A DNA stretch of 41,295 nucleotides from Pseudomonadota bacterium (GTDB lineage: Bacteria; Bdellovibrionota; Bdellovibrionia; Bdellovibrionales; SG-bin7), in assembly GCA_034439715.1 (NCBI GenBank), contig JAWXAY010000049.1, forward strand, positions 1-41,295, in the 5' to 3' direction. The notes below the pieces were generated by a model, which saw only the letters and a program-made list of their open reading frames with translations, was not told the origin of the DNA and did not search any database. The position numbers were made by a program, and so were the translations under genes. Positions 25,812 through 37,396 of this stretch are shown here, piece by piece (the first letter of the stretch is position 1; each line of letters starts with the position of its first letter).

Positions 25812-27393
25812 AGGGACCTGCCGTTACTACTGGTGTATTAATAAAGTTTTCATGAGGAGGAGGCGAAGATGTCTGCCACTCTAATGTAGTTGAGCCCCAA
25901 GGATTATCAGACGATTTTTCGCCCTTAAAGAAACCATTGATTAAACAATACAGTCCGATTAAGAAGCCTGTGCCAATCATCCATGCGCCAACTGATGAAA
26001 TCCTATTTAACGATTCATAGATCGGAAGGTAGGTGGCATAACGCCTTGGCATACCTTGAGCGCCCAAAATAAACTGCGGAAAAAAGGTAACGTTGAAACC
26101 AAGAAAAATAAAAACAAATGACACTCGAGCAATCGAATCATTTACAACTCTACCAAACATTTTTGGAAACCAGTGGTAAAGACCTCCCATAATTGACATG
26201 AGAGTTCCCCCGACCATCACATAATGAAAGTGGGCAACCACAAAGTAGGTGTCATGAAAATGCACGTCTACAGCAAGCACCGCAAGCATAATTCCGGTAA
26301 CTCCACCAATTGCAAATAAGAATAAAAATCCCAGAGCAAAAAGCATAGGGGCATCAAAACGTATGGAGCCCTGATAAAGGGTAGCAAGCCAGTTAAACAT
26401 CTTAATCGCCGTTGGCACGCCCACCAACATTGTGAGAAATGAGAATATCAAACCAGCGACCTCTGACTGACCGCTCAAAAATAAGTGATGGCCCCAAACG
26501 AAAAAGCTGACTAACGCGATCGCAAGCGACGAGTAAGCAATTGCCGTATAGCCAAAGATGTTTTTCTTAGAATACGTCGTGATAATTTCACTCACTATTC
26601 CCATCGCAGGCAAAATCATGATGTAGACAGCGGGGTGAGAATAAAACCAAAAGAAGTGTTGGAATAAAACGGGATCGCCACCCAGCGCGGGATCAAAAAC
26701 ACCCACACCCAAAAGTTTTTCTAGAATTAATATCATCAGTGTTATGGCTAAAACTGGAGTAGCTAAGATTTGAAGTATTGCCGTAGAGTAGAGTGCCCAA
26801 ACAAATAATGGCAGGCGGCTCATTGTCATGCCCGGCGCCCGTAATTTATGAACTGTTACCAAAAAATTGACGCCCGTTAAGATAGAAGAGAAGCCCATAA
26901 TAAAGGCTCCGGCAACCATTATGACAGTACCGGCAAAGGACTTGTTGATGCTATAAGGTGTGTAGAAAGTCCAACCAGTATCAGCGCCTCCCAAAACAAG
27001 CGATGATACAGAAACAGCGGCACCAATCATTAGACAGTACCAGCTCAAAAGATTTACCCGAGGAAAGGCCACATCTTTGGCGCCAATTTGTAAAGGTAAA
27101 AAGAAGTTTCCTAGAAATGCCGGTATGCCAGGGATAATAACCATGAAAACCATTATCGCTCCATGCATAGTCATGGCACGATTGTATCCGTCAAAAGTGC
27201 TAAAAAAACTGAGACCCGGGGTAAATAACTCTAGCCGAATCAGCATGGCATACGTTCCGCCAATCAAGAAAAATGTCGCAACGGCCATAAAATACATTAG
27301 CCCAATTCTTTTATGATCCGTTGTTGTCAACCATGACCAAAGACCCTTGCCGTGATCAAGGTAGCTATGTGAATGGGAATCTGCGTGAGCCAT
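25798..27393 (-). CDS. ctaD: Cytochrome c oxidase subunit I (A2 type)
   Basis: DHKRIG, WFYSHPAVY, WGHH, HFHY. Confidence 0.97.
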   Translation of the reverse strand: MAHADSHSHSYLDHGKGLWSWLTTTDHKRIGLMYFMAVATFFLIGGTYAMLIRLELFTPGLSFFSTFDGYNRAMTMHGAIMVFMVIIPGIPAFLGNFFLPLQIGAKDVAFPRVNLLSWYCLMIGAAVSVSSLVLGGADTGWTFYTPYSINKSFAGTVIMVAGAFIMGFSSILTGVNFLVTVHKLRAPGMTMSRLPLFVWALYSTAILQILATPVLAITLMILILEKLLGVGVFDPALGGDPVLFQHFFWFYSHPAVYIMILPAMGIVSEIITTYSKKNIFGYTAIAYSSLAIALVSFFVWGHHLFLSGQSEVAGLIFSFLTMLVGVPTAIKMFNWLATLYQGSIRFDAPMLFALGFLFLFAIGGVTGIMLAVLAVDVHFHDTYFVVAHFHYVMVGGTLMSIMGGLYHWFPKMFGRVVNDSIARVSFVFIFLGFNVTFFPQFILGAQGMPRRYATYLPIYESLNRISSVGAWMIGTGFLIGLYCLINGFFKGEKSSDNPWGSTTLEWQTSSPPPHENFINTPVVTAGPYEYR

Positions 27394-27403
27394 GAGGTAT
27401 CTC

Positions 27404-28360
27404 CTACTTTAAACTTTTCAAAAATTCGATCACTGCCGATATTTCCTGTTCAGAAATTTGACCGGCAAATGGCGGCATGACGCCTTTTGCAAAACCGGCG
27501 ACTGTCTTTGCGTTGGGATTTAATACGGATTCACGAACATAGTTTTCGTCATACTGAGCACTGCCGCCACCTTCAAGCAACCTAGCTGTGCCAAACATGC
27601 CCTTATAGCTGGGACCAATACTGGGCTTTCCATCAGTTGTATGACAAGCGACACAGCCTTTATCGAGGTAAACTTTTTTGCCCATATCGGCAAGGCTCAA
27701 TCCTTTATACGGGTCTGTCGCAAGCCAATTTTCAAATGCCTCCGGAGACAGAACTTTTACTTTTGCTAACATCTCTGAGTGCTTGGCGCCGCAATACTCG
27801 GTACAGAAAACTTGAAACTCACCCTCGTAATCAGAATTAAACCACACGCTCGTAAACATCCCTGGCACCACATCTTGCTTAATACGAAATGCAGGAACAA
27901 AAAAGCTATGTAAAACATCCGTTGAACTCATAATTAATTTAATCGGCTTACCTACCGGCACAATAAGATCGGGAGAGCTGCGACCGCTTTTATATTTGAA
28001 TTCCCAAGACCACTGCTTTGCAATTACGTGAACTTCAAAAGAATCTTTGGGTGGATTTCGCATCTGATCGTAAACGTACCAGCCCCATCCAAATACCAAC
28101 ATGAAAATCAAAAAGGGAATAAAACTCCAGGTAAACTCGAGGAGACCATTGTGAATTAACCCACCAGGCTTATCAGCAGCCGTGCGCCTTTTGTATTTGA
28201 AGGCAAAATAGATCATTCCACCAATTAATAGAAAACAAGAAATCGTACTAGAAATTACGAGAAAGCTATAGAGATCATCAACCTGACGAGCAATTTGCGT
28301 TCCCTGAAATGGCATAAAGGAATTGCCCCCTGCCAATGCATGATTTGTTAACCACATCAT
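27404..28360 (-). CDS. coxB: Cytochrome c oxidase subunit II with fused cytochrome c
   Basis: DVLHSF, CuA CTEYCGAKHSEM, C-terminal CVACH. Confidence 0.96.
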   Translation of the reverse strand: MMWLTNHALAGGNSFMPFQGTQIARQVDDLYSFLVISSTISCFLLIGGMIYFAFKYKRRTAADKPGGLIHNGLLEFTWSFIPFLIFMLVFGWGWYVYDQMRNPPKDSFEVHVIAKQWSWEFKYKSGRSSPDLIVPVGKPIKLIMSSTDVLHSFFVPAFRIKQDVVPGMFTSVWFNSDYEGEFQVFCTEYCGAKHSEMLAKVKVLSPEAFENWLATDPYKGLSLADMGKKVYLDKGCVACHTTDGKPSIGPSYKGMFGTARLLEGGGSAQYDENYVRESVLNPNAKTVAGFAKGVMPPFAGQISEQEISAVIEFLKSLK

Positions 28361-28364
28361 GAGT

Positions 28365-29192
28365 TCACTCCTCAGTCCTTTTCATTCGCTGTTTAATCCA
28401 AAACCCACCAAAAAACAGAGCCATCAAAAGCACCGTAAGACCTGCACCTGCGCGCATAATATTAAAGGCGTAGATTGTGTATTTGCTTTTCTTGGGATCG
28501 TATTTAAAACAAAAAAGCATAAAGTTACTGACAATATTGCTTATTTTGAGATGACTAGCTTCTGTCAGCGCCAAACTCATGGTTTTGGGTTCAAAAAATA
28601 CTCCATGTAAATAACGGGCTATCTTTTTTTCTGGAGTAATCATAATTGCTGCCGAAGCATGGGCCCACTCTTTAGTTTCCTCACTCCATTGGTACTTAAA
28701 TCCGACCTGTTTGGCCAGCGCCAGAACATCCTGTTTTTTTCCTGTCAAAAAATGCCAGCCTTCTTGTGCTCCGGGCGCAGAAAAAGCCTCTACGTAGCTT
28801 TTCTTTTTTTTGAGTGCTATTTCGGGCGTTTCTTTTTCATCAAAACTTATTGCCACAAATTCATAGTCTCGACCCGCCTTTTCAGAAATCTTTTGTAAGG
28901 CCTCGGCCACGCCATTAAGATGAAAATTACATAAGTTTGAGCAGCCAAAATAAACTAATGAGAGAATAACGGGTCTACCCTCAACAAAATACTGAGACAG
29001 TTTTACGGTCTTTCCTGACTCATCAATCAAATCAATGTCCGTATTCAGGCGATGATCAAGGCGCTCCGTAATGCCCACATTTGCAAGCTCCTTGGGTTTC
29101 TCGCTAGCCTTGAGCTCCACTTTTTTAGTGTCATAGGCCTGTGCAGAAATGCATAGGATGCTAGTAGAAAGAAGCGCTAGCCAACGTTGCAA
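28365..29192 (-). CDS. SCO1/SenC copper chaperone
   Basis: CSNLC (CxxxC) and downstream His (WAHAS). Confidence 0.9.
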   Translation of the reverse strand: MQRWLALLSTSILCISAQAYDTKKVELKASEKPKELANVGITERLDHRLNTDIDLIDESGKTVKLSQYFVEGRPVILSLVYFGCSNLCNFHLNGVAEALQKISEKAGRDYEFVAISFDEKETPEIALKKKKSYVEAFSAPGAQEGWHFLTGKKQDVLALAKQVGFKYQWSEETKEWAHASAAIMITPEKKIARYLHGVFFEPKTMSLALTEASHLKISNIVSNFMLFCFKYDPKKSKYTIYAFNIMRAGAGLTVLLMALFFGGFWIKQRMKRTEE

Positions 29193-29194
29193 GT

Positions 29195-29746
29195 TTATTT
29201 CTCCCCTTGGGCAAATTTTTCAAGCGCTTTAAGGTCGTCTTTGGGCAAGTTTTTAGAAACAGAACGAATGAAATGTACAATGGCCCAACGATCTAATTTT
29301 GATAAGTGACCAAATGGGGCCATAGCTGTTCCTGGCAATCCGCCAGTTACCGTTTTATATAACTGAATCGTAGTACCGCCAGCTGTCCATTTTCCTTCAA
29401 CTAAATTTCTGGGCTTGGGATTCATGGTTCCACTGGCTGGCCCGTCACCCAATCCAGAATTTCCGTGGCATACTGAACAAGACGTCGCAAACTTTTCTTT
29501 TCCGTACGTAACTAAGGCGGGTGTTGAAATCCATGGTGAGGTATTTTTACTTACATCTTCTTGAGGTGCTTGGCCTGTTGCCTCTGCCGTTGCGGCATTT
29601 ACTTCGACCTTTAGTTTGGGCTGATCAAGACCAAGAACGCCTTTATGAATAAAAGAAATGTAAATAAAAAAGCCAAAAGAAAAAACCATACTAAAAACAA
29701 AGGCCCAAAACCCGCTCCGGTTGTAATCATTTCGATCCAATCCCAT
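29195..29746 (-). CDS. Membrane-anchored c-type cytochrome
   Basis: CSVCH, PRNL, GTAMAPF; first gene of oxidase operon. Confidence 0.9.
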   Translation of the reverse strand: MGLDRNDYNRSGFWAFVFSMVFSFGFFIYISFIHKGVLGLDQPKLKVEVNAATAEATGQAPQEDVSKNTSPWISTPALVTYGKEKFATSCSVCHGNSGLGDGPASGTMNPKPRNLVEGKWTAGGTTIQLYKTVTGGLPGTAMAPFGHLSKLDRWAIVHFIRSVSKNLPKDDLKALEKFAQGEK

Positions 29747-29957
29747 TTTTTTACCCCAATAATTGTCTGATTTTTAAATAGATAGCTAGCATTATGAAAA
29801 ATTCCTGTCACGCATAAATAACTATTATAATTAACTGTTGCTGCTCAAGTTTTGTGCTTACAAGCCAACCGGATTTGTCTCAAAACGAAACAACATTGTC
29901 CTGTTTCACAAAAACTTCTATTAGCTTTGGACCCGTTGGGGTTATAATTGAATCATT

Positions 29958-30407
29958 ATGAAACTAAAAAATACTTTATTCCTAGGGTTTGTCCTTTTAT
30001 CAATGTCATGTGCCACCACTCCAGACCTGGGTTCGTTCGATAAAATGGTTTTTAACGGAATGGACAAGGACCAAGTGCTGAACGAAGTGGGCACGCCTCA
30101 ATTGACCAAGCGCCGAAACGGAATGGATATTTGGCAGTTCTCTTTTTATCAAGGCGAGAATAAAACCATAAAAGAAGTCCACTTTAAAGACGGTAAGGTT
30201 GTCTACAGGGGCGCCTCCATTTTGCCAAAGTCAAATGAAACTGCCAAGTCTATCGATGAGCGAAATGCTCGGTCAAATGCGGCGCAGTCGGCATCTGGCG
30301 CAAGCATTGTGGACTCCGAGTCTGCTTCTAGTAAAATTAATAGAATGAACCAAGAGCTTGAGGCTGAGCTTCCCAATAAAAAGCCCGAATACCAAGACCT
30401 CGAATAA
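29958..30407 (+). CDS. BamE/SmpA-like lipoprotein
   Basis: Lipobox SMSC, GMDKDQVLNEVGTP motif. Confidence 0.7.
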   Translation: MKLKNTLFLGFVLLSMSCATTPDLGSFDKMVFNGMDKDQVLNEVGTPQLTKRRNGMDIWQFSFYQGENKTIKEVHFKDGKVVYRGASILPKSNETAKSIDERNARSNAAQSASGASIVDSESASSKINRMNQELEAELPNKKPEYQDLE

Positions 30408-30417
30408 TAGCATTTAT

Positions 30418-30912
30418 CTACTTTTTGATAATGATTCTTTGCGACTCAACTTTTTCGGGAATTTTTTCGTGGATTTCAGATTTATCAGATTCATTTTCTG
30501 TTGAAAAGTTACCGTACTGACTTTTCATTTTCTGTTTTAGTTTGTCCAGCTTACCATCAACACCCGTATCTGACTCAATATCCTCTACAGTCCGAGGTGT
30601 TATTATTGAGTAGGACCTGGTCCCATTTTCGGCTTCTCGTCCTGGGTGCCGGTATTTTATGTGTTCCACTTCTTTGTTAAACTCTACTAACGATTTTTCG
30701 CCCTGCTTGTGCTTTTCTTCGATTTCCTTGAGCAACTCTTGGGAATGTCCTCGATCTTTTTCAAGTTTTTTTCTGACAATGAGTTCTTTGAGTTCCTTTT
30801 CCCTCATTTCAATTTCCGTAGAAAGCTTTTGCAGGCTTGATTTATGATGCTCCCAATCGTCAGCCGTCGCCACTGCTGTTAAAAAAACCAAGACTAGTGT
30901 TGATGAAATCAT
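30418..30912 (-). CDS. Secreted coiled-coil hypothetical protein
   Basis: ATG 30912 (ATGA overlap) gives signal MISSTLVLVFLTAVATA; charged helical body. Confidence 0.65.
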   Translation of the reverse strand: MISSTLVLVFLTAVATADDWEHHKSSLQKLSTEIEMREKELKELIVRKKLEKDRGHSQELLKEIEEKHKQGEKSLVEFNKEVEHIKYRHPGREAENGTRSYSIITPRTVEDIESDTGVDGKLDKLKQKMKSQYGNFSTENESDKSEIHEKIPEKVESQRIIIKK

Positions 30913-31508
30913 GCCATCCCCATATCTGTTATTAGTTTTTGTTCCCATGATATTCCGATAGGCAAATTTTTAATACGGTTAACTAACAGTGCCGACTTAA
31001 CTGCATTTATAGAGTTTATTCTCATTGCCCCCTGTTGAATAGAGCTCATAATTTTTTCTACATCCCAGGCAAAGCGTGCATCTGTTAAAGCTCCCCTCAG
31101 TTGCTCTTTGGTATCTCTAGAGTCGACATTCCAAATCAAAAGATCGTAGATGTAAATCCCGTCACGTGCCATAGAAGCGTCTGAATTTCCAAATGCTGCT
31201 ATGTCTGAAAGGTCAGCTTCGTTTCGTGGTGGCGACCGAGGCTTTAAAATCGCGGGAGGTGGATCAAGCATAATAGGAGGTGGATCATCCGCAGGTTCCT
31301 CAAAAAGGGGCGCGGCCTCTGGCGCTGGCGCTGGCGCCAAAAAATCGGGGACTAATTCTGCCTCGGCTCTGACCCCTTCAGGCGCGGCGCCTTCTTCGGT
31401 GCGGGCGGTGCCATCAAGCTCTATAATTACGTTAGATGAGCAGCTTGGACATCTTTGAATTCCAAAGTCAGCGTCAATATTAGTGCTGCACTTAGGACAC
31501 ACTACCAT
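30909..31508 (-). CDS. Zinc-ribbon hypothetical protein with Pro-rich linker
   Basis: CPKC...CPSC at N-terminus; directly downstream of secA. Confidence 0.7.
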   Translation of the reverse strand: MVVCPKCSTNIDADFGIQRCPSCSSNVIIELDGTARTEEGAAPEGVRAEAELVPDFLAPAPAPEAAPLFEEPADDPPPIMLDPPPAILKPRSPPRNEADLSDIAAFGNSDASMARDGIYIYDLLIWNVDSRDTKEQLRGALTDARFAWDVEKIMSSIQQGAMRINSINAVKSALLVNRIKNLPIGISWEQKLITDMGMA

Positions 31509-31521
31509 CTTCTACCTTCTT

Positions 31522-34260
31522 TTAAGTAGCGCCATGACACTTTTTAAATTTCTTGCCGCTGCCGCATGGGCACGGGTCGTTTCTTCCAACCTTTGGCTGA
31601 TCTCTTGTTATGGGTTCCCGCGGCCCCTGGGGACCGGCCCCGCGGGAACCCTGACTTCCGTGATTCAGGCTCATTTGTTGCTGGGGCTGAGCTAGTGGCA
31701 TGAATGGCATTCCCGTCGCTGGACCCACTGGCGCTCCTTCAGCCGGATTATTGTAATTAAACTGCTCTTCATCAAATGTTTGATCGGGCTCCAGTTCATC
31801 AGCGGAAGCCGGCTTTTCTACGATTTGAACTTTCAGTAATTTTTCTAGAGTTTCATTCCTTGTCAAAATCTGCATTTGCTCAAAGGCTCTGAAGGCTTCT
31901 TTTTTGTATTCTATAAGGGGATCTTTTTGGCCGTAAGCTCTTAGGTTAATTCCTTCTTTTAAGTGATCCACTTGGGCAAGATGTTCTTTCCAGCGAGTAT
32001 CCATGGTCTGAAGTAATATCATTTTTTGCAGCTGAGCAAAGTAGGGTCCCAATTTTTCTTTTTGTTGATCAAAAGCCACCTTCACAGGAGACTTTACTAA
32101 CTCAACTAGTTTTTCGCTATTAAGATCAGCCGCCTTCGCAAACTCAATGGTCACACCGAACTGCTGCCCCAGAGCCAGAGCCAGTCCATCCAAATCCCAC
32201 TGCGACTTTTTGCCATCGACAGGAGCAAAGGTGTCTAACAAGTCAGAAACATTATCAGAAAGCATTTCGATAACAACTTCGTCTACATTGTTATTCTCTA
32301 ATATTCTTCGGCGAAGGCTATACACATAGGTTCTCTGTTGATTCATCACATCGTCATATTCTAAAAGATGCTTACGAATATCAAAATTATGTCCCTCTAC
32401 TTTTCGCTGAGCAGACTCAATGGCTCTGGTTACCATGCGTGCAGTAATCGGCTCATCGTCGGGCACTTTAAGTGTATTCATGATTCGCTGAAGTCTTTCA
32501 CCGTTAAAAATTCGCATGAGGCTATCTTCAAGAGAAAGAAAAAACTTAGAGGCTCCGGGGTCTCCCTGTCGGCCAGCGCGACCTCGCAACTGATTATCTA
32601 TTCGTCGAGATTCGTGGCGCTCAGTTCCAACTATATATAGGCCACCCGCTGCAATCACATCTTTTTTTTCTTGCTCCGTAACCTCACGATATTTTTCAAC
32701 GGATTTTTCAAACTCTTCGGGCGTGGCTGTCTTGTTTTCGAATTTCGCCAAAACTTCTGGGTTTCCACCGAGAAGAATATCTGTGCCTCTGCCGGCCATA
32801 TTTGTGGCAATCGTCACGTTCCCTTTTCTCCCGGCTTGCGCGATGATATCGGCTTCTCTCTCGTGATGTTTCGCATTCAAAACATTATGACGGATATTTA
32901 GATTTTTTAAAAATCGACCCAACAATTCACTTTTCTCAATGCTCGCTGTCCCCACAAGGCACGGCTGGCCGGCCGCTGTGCGAGTTTTAATATCTTCAAC
33001 GATTGCTTTAAATTTGGCGTTCTCGGTTTTGTATACAACGTCCTCGTGATCAGTTCGGTGAATGGGTTTGTTTGTGGGAATAGCTACTACTTCTAACTTA
33101 TAAATCTTTTTAAATTCAACGGCCTCGGTCTCTGCTGTACCGGTCATGCCTGAAAGTTTTTTGTACATTCTAAAAAAGTTTTGAAAAGTAATTGTGGCCA
33201 AGGTTTGATTCTCATTTTTAACCTTAACGCCTTCTTTGGCCTCAATGGCTTGGTGAAGGCCGTCGCTCCAACGCCTGCCAGGCATGAGGCGCCCGGTAAA
33301 TTCATCAACGATAACGATTTCTCCGTCTTTGATCATGTAATCGACATCAAGTTTATAGAGATGGTGTGCTTTCAAGCCCTGATAAACATGGTGAAGAAGT
33401 TCAATGTGTTTTGGATCGTAGAGATTGTCGATACCCAATAGTTCTTCAACTTTAGAGTTTCCCTCATCAGTCAAAGAAGCCGTGCGGGATTTTTCTTCCA
33501 TTATATAATGTTTCTCTTTTACTAAATGAGGAACTATTTTGTTAACTGTGTTGTATTTTTGGGTTGATCCTTCTGAGGGGCCCGAAATAATAAGGGGTGT
33601 TCTAGCTTCATCCACTAAAATGGAGTCACACTCATCGACGATAGCAAAATTGAGCACGCGTTGGACATAGTCATCAATGTTGAATTTCATGTTATCACGG
33701 AGGTAATCAAATCCGTACTCGTTGTTCGTGCCGTACGTTATATCTGAATTATATGAAACTTTTCTTTGCTGATCTGAAAGCTCGTGCACAATAATTCCCA
33801 CGCTTAGACCCAAAAAATTATAAAGGCGACCCATCCATTCTGAGTCCCTTTTCGCCAAATAATCATTCACAGTAACTACGTGAACGCCATTTCCGCTAAG
33901 TGCATTTAAATATACCGGTAACGTGGCAACGAGAGTTTTCCCTTCTCCCGTTTTCATTTCTGAAATAGAACCTCGATGTAGAGTAATACCCCCAATTAAC
34001 TGTACGTCATAATGTCGCATCCGCAATACACGCGTTGAGGCCTCGCGACAAACTGCAAAAGCTTCGGGTAAAACATCATCAAGCGAAGCGCCATTGGCAA
34101 TTTTTTGCTTAAATTCCAACGTCTTCGCTTTTAGCTGATCATCGGTAAGAGCTTTTATTTGGGGCTCTAGCGCATTAATGGCCGCGACTATAGGTTGAAG
34201 CTTCTTAATATCTCGTTCGTGTTTGGTGCCAATTATTTTTGTGATAAACTTTGCAAACAT
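31522..34260 (-). CDS. secA: Preprotein translocase ATPase SecA
   Basis: [53 protein letters not shown]. Confidence 0.99.
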   Translation of the reverse strand: MFAKFITKIIGTKHERDIKKLQPIVAAINALEPQIKALTDDQLKAKTLEFKQKIANGASLDDVLPEAFAVCREASTRVLRMRHYDVQLIGGITLHRGSISEMKTGEGKTLVATLPVYLNALSGNGVHVVTVNDYLAKRDSEWMGRLYNFLGLSVGIIVHELSDQQRKVSYNSDITYGTNNEYGFDYLRDNMKFNIDDYVQRVLNFAIVDECDSILVDEARTPLIISGPSEGSTQKYNTVNKIVPHLVKEKHYIMEEKSRTASLTDEGNSKVEELLGIDNLYDPKHIELLHHVYQGLKAHHLYKLDVDYMIKDGEIVIVDEFTGRLMPGRRWSDGLHQAIEAKEGVKVKNENQTLATITFQNFFRMYKKLSGMTGTAETEAVEFKKIYKLEVVAIPTNKPIHRTDHEDVVYKTENAKFKAIVEDIKTRTAAGQPCLVGTASIEKSELLGRFLKNLNIRHNVLNAKHHEREADIIAQAGRKGNVTIATNMAGRGTDILLGGNPEVLAKFENKTATPEEFEKSVEKYREVTEQEKKDVIAAGGLYIVGTERHESRRIDNQLRGRAGRQGDPGASKFFLSLEDSLMRIFNGERLQRIMNTLKVPDDEPITARMVTRAIESAQRKVEGHNFDIRKHLLEYDDVMNQQRTYVYSLRRRILENNNVDEVVIEMLSDNVSDLLDTFAPVDGKKSQWDLDGLALALGQQFGVTIEFAKAADLNSEKLVELVKSPVKVAFDQQKEKLGPYFAQLQKMILLQTMDTRWKEHLAQVDHLKEGINLRAYGQKDPLIEYKKEAFRAFEQMQILTRNETLEKLLKVQIVEKPASADELEPDQTFDEEQFNYNNPAEGAPVGPATGMPFMPLAQPQQQMSLNHGSQGSRGAGPQGPREPITRDQPKVGRNDPCPCGSGKKFKKCHGAT

Positions 34261-34280
34261 AAGTTATAGCCTAGCAAAAT

Positions 34281-34790
34281 CTAAAGAGGATTGTCTATAA
34301 CTGCTGGAGATGATTCGATTATTGGGTTTACCTGGATTTGTCTCAAGCCTTCATAAATGGCAATTGCGACGGCATTGGCCAAATTCAGACTTCTGATCGG
34401 TCCGTACATGGGCATGTAATACGCCTGCGCGCCGTGTTGTCTAATTAGTCCCTCCGGCAGTCCTTGTGTTTCTTTACCAAAGATCAGCCAATCGCCAGAC
34501 TGAAACCTAGCATCGGAATAAATATTAGCGGCTTTTTTTGAAAAGAAAAAGACCCGAGAAAAATCTGGCACGGTTACCCGCCAAGCTTCATACGAAGAAT
34601 GCCTGTGCCACTTTAGGTTGGGCCAATAATCAAGCCCAGCTCTTTTTAACTGTTTGTCGTCAATTTTAAAACCAAAGGGTTCTATTAAGTGAAGTTCACA
34701 GCCAGTGCCTAAGCAAGTTCGCCCTATATTACCGGTATTATTTGGAATTTCTGGTTCCAACAAGACAATATTAAACACGGAACTAAACAA
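34281..34790 (-). CDS. trmL: tRNA (cytidine/uridine-34 2'-O)-methyltransferase
   Basis: PEIPNNTGNIGR, RAGLDYW, FGKETQGLP, RSLNLAN. Confidence 0.93.
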   Translation of the reverse strand: MFSSVFNIVLLEPEIPNNTGNIGRTCLGTGCELHLIEPFGFKIDDKQLKRAGLDYWPNLKWHRHSSYEAWRVTVPDFSRVFFFSKKAANIYSDARFQSGDWLIFGKETQGLPEGLIRQHGAQAYYMPMYGPIRSLNLANAVAIAIYEGLRQIQVNPIIESSPAVIDNPL

Positions 34791-35376
34791 ACCTGCAGAT
34801 TTCTTTACCTAAATTAGTCAAAGAAAAGCGGCGGCCTTTATCAACAATTATCTGCATACGCTCAAGCTCTCGGCAAACATCAAGTGGGTATACAATCGTA
34901 TCCTTACGATTTGATTCAGCTAGCTTTTTTATATAACAAATATGTCTTTCGGTCAGGGTGGTAACCATCGGGGGTTGTTCTATGAGCGCCTTGGGCCAGT
35001 CGCCGTCGCCCAACAATATTGCACTTTTTGGAAGTTTTGCAGGGTTTAGACAGTAACAATAAGTTGCTACTTCGCGGCCATCTGACAATAGGGCCTTAAT
35101 CTCGTGACGTATATGAAGGCTTCTTTTTGGATCTAGGGGAGAATAGCCATGATACTCATCCAAAATCTTTAGTAGAAATTCGCACTCATTGAGCTCAATT
35201 ACCGTGCCAGGTACGCTGGTTTGCCCATCTAAAATAAATACTGGAAAGCCCACTTCTAAGCGATATACCGAGCCTTTAGCTTCAGCCGTTGTTCTGGATT
35301 TGATATAGTTGGCAACCATGCCAAAATGTACCATTCCTTCCGAAAACGACCCATAAATGAAGACAGAATCTATCAT
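34783..35376 (-). CDS. Gamma-glutamylcyclotransferase-like (AIG2) domain fused to a putative C-terminal winged helix
   Basis: VFIYGS, G..Y....FP, VPG, LDEYHG, GDW; C-terminal LTERH...RELERMQIIVDKGRRFSLTNLG. Confidence 0.75.
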   Translation of the reverse strand: MIDSVFIYGSFSEGMVHFGMVANYIKSRTTAEAKGSVYRLEVGFPVFILDGQTSVPGTVIELNECEFLLKILDEYHGYSPLDPKRSLHIRHEIKALLSDGREVATYCYCLNPAKLPKSAILLGDGDWPKALIEQPPMVTTLTERHICYIKKLAESNRKDTIVYPLDVCRELERMQIIVDKGRRFSLTNLGKEICRFV

Positions 35377-35596
35377 TCAACCGCCCTTAATAAATTTACG
35401 TACTTAATGTCGAGCTCGCTAGGAAAGTTCGTCGGGTATAACAAAAAACCCAACCAAGCGCAACAGGATTGTCAAATTCGTTGCCAAGATTAAAACTACA
35501 AAAACAATTTTTCAGAAAAATATTTTTCATTGGCACAATTCAAGTCTAGAAAAAAACTCAAGAAGGTAGTATTAATCTTTAAACCGACCGCAATAA

Positions 35597-35938
<342 letters not shown>

Positions 35939-35980
35939 AAAAGAAACCTTTAACCTTTATCTAAATTGGGGGAATAAATT

Positions 35981-37390
35981 ATGGATGTAAATGCAGTTCT
36001 TGAAATGGCCAAAGCCAATGGTTGCAAAATGGTGGATCTCAAGTTTTGCGATCTTCCCGGAATGTGGCAACACTTTACAATTCCTCTTCACCAGTTAACA
36101 AACGAAGTCTTTGAGGAGGGCCTTGGTTTTGACGGAAGCTCCATTCGTGGTTGGCGTCATATTCATGAATCAGACATGATCGTCATTCCTGATCCAACGA
36201 CGGCAAAGATGGACCCCTTTATGGAGGTTCCGACATTAAGCTTGATTTGTAATATTCATTTGCCTGATACGCTCTTGCCCTACGAGCGAGACCCCCGACA
36301 AATTATTAAAAAAGCTGTCGCTTATTTAAAATCAACTGGAATTGCTGATACTGTTTATTTTGGACCCGAGGCAGAGTTTTTTATTTTCGACGACGTTCGC
36401 TATGAACAAACCAATAATGGTGGATTTTACCGTATTGATTCCAAAGAGGCAGCTTGGAATACGGGTCGCGATGAGAGTGGTAATTTAGGTTACAAACCAC
36501 GCACCAAAGAGGGCTATTTTCCGGTTGCACCCCATGATACTCTCCAAGACATCCGTACCGAAATCTGTCTGGAGCTTGAGCGCCTCGGAATGTTGGTCGA
36601 AAGACAACACCATGAAGTAGCTTCTGCTCAGGGAGAAATCAACATTCGCTTTGATGAAGGTCTTAGTATCTGCGACAAAATGATGTGGTTTAAATACGTA
36701 GTAAAAAACGTAGCGCAACGACATGGTAAAACGGCAACCTTTATGCCGAAACCTATCTTTGGCGACAATGGCTCTGGAATGCACACGCATGTTTCGCTTT
36801 TTAAAAATGGACAAAATCTTTTTTCTGGAAATAAATATGCTGGTCTTTCTGACGCCGCTCTTTATTTTATTGGCGGCATTTTAAAACATGCGCCAGCGAC
36901 ATGCGCTCTTACAAATCCAACGACAAATTCATATAAGAGACTGGTTCCTGGCTTTGAGGCTCCCGTCAGACTTGCCTACAGCTATAAAAACCGCTCAGCT
37001 GCCCTGCGCATTCCTAATTCAGGTTCAAATCCCAAGGCCAAACGAATTGAATTTAGAACGCCGGACCCCAGCGCAAATATTTATTTAAACTGTGCCGCGA
37101 TATTAATGGCGGGACTTGACGGAATTCAAAATAAAATCCATCCGGGAGAGCCTCTCGACAAAGATATTTATGGCTTGAGCCCCCAAGAACTAAAAAATGT
37201 GCCGCAAGTACCCGGCTCCTTAGAAGAGGCGCTAACAAACCTCACCAATAACGGGGATTTTTTAATGAAAGGCGAGGTCTTTTCTAAAGAACTCTTAACG
37301 ACATGGGTTGACTATAAGATTACGAACGAAGTGCGACCTATGCAGCAGAGACCTGTGCCCTACGAATTTCACCTTTACTATGATCTTTAA
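35981..37390 (+). CDS. glnA: Type I glutamine synthetase
   Basis: FDGSSI, HHEVA, TFMPKP, NGSGMH, NRSA, RIEFR; adenylylation-site Tyr in DKDIY. Confidence 0.98.
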   Translation: MDVNAVLEMAKANGCKMVDLKFCDLPGMWQHFTIPLHQLTNEVFEEGLGFDGSSIRGWRHIHESDMIVIPDPTTAKMDPFMEVPTLSLICNIHLPDTLLPYERDPRQIIKKAVAYLKSTGIADTVYFGPEAEFFIFDDVRYEQTNNGGFYRIDSKEAAWNTGRDESGNLGYKPRTKEGYFPVAPHDTLQDIRTEICLELERLGMLVERQHHEVASAQGEINIRFDEGLSICDKMMWFKYVVKNVAQRHGKTATFMPKPIFGDNGSGMHTHVSLFKNGQNLFSGNKYAGLSDAALYFIGGILKHAPATCALTNPTTNSYKRLVPGFEAPVRLAYSYKNRSAALRIPNSGSNPKAKRIEFRTPDPSANIYLNCAAILMAGLDGIQNKIHPGEPLDKDIYGLSPQELKNVPQVPGSLEEALTNLTNNGDFLMKGEVFSKELLTTWVDYKITNEVRPMQQRPVPYEFHLYYDL

Positions 37391-37396
37391 AAAAAT

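Noticed and set aside
35530..35546. TTGGCAC upstream of glnB as a sigma54 promoter
   Set aside because: The -24 element matches but the -12 position reads AAGT rather than TTGC, so GG-N10-GC is not met.
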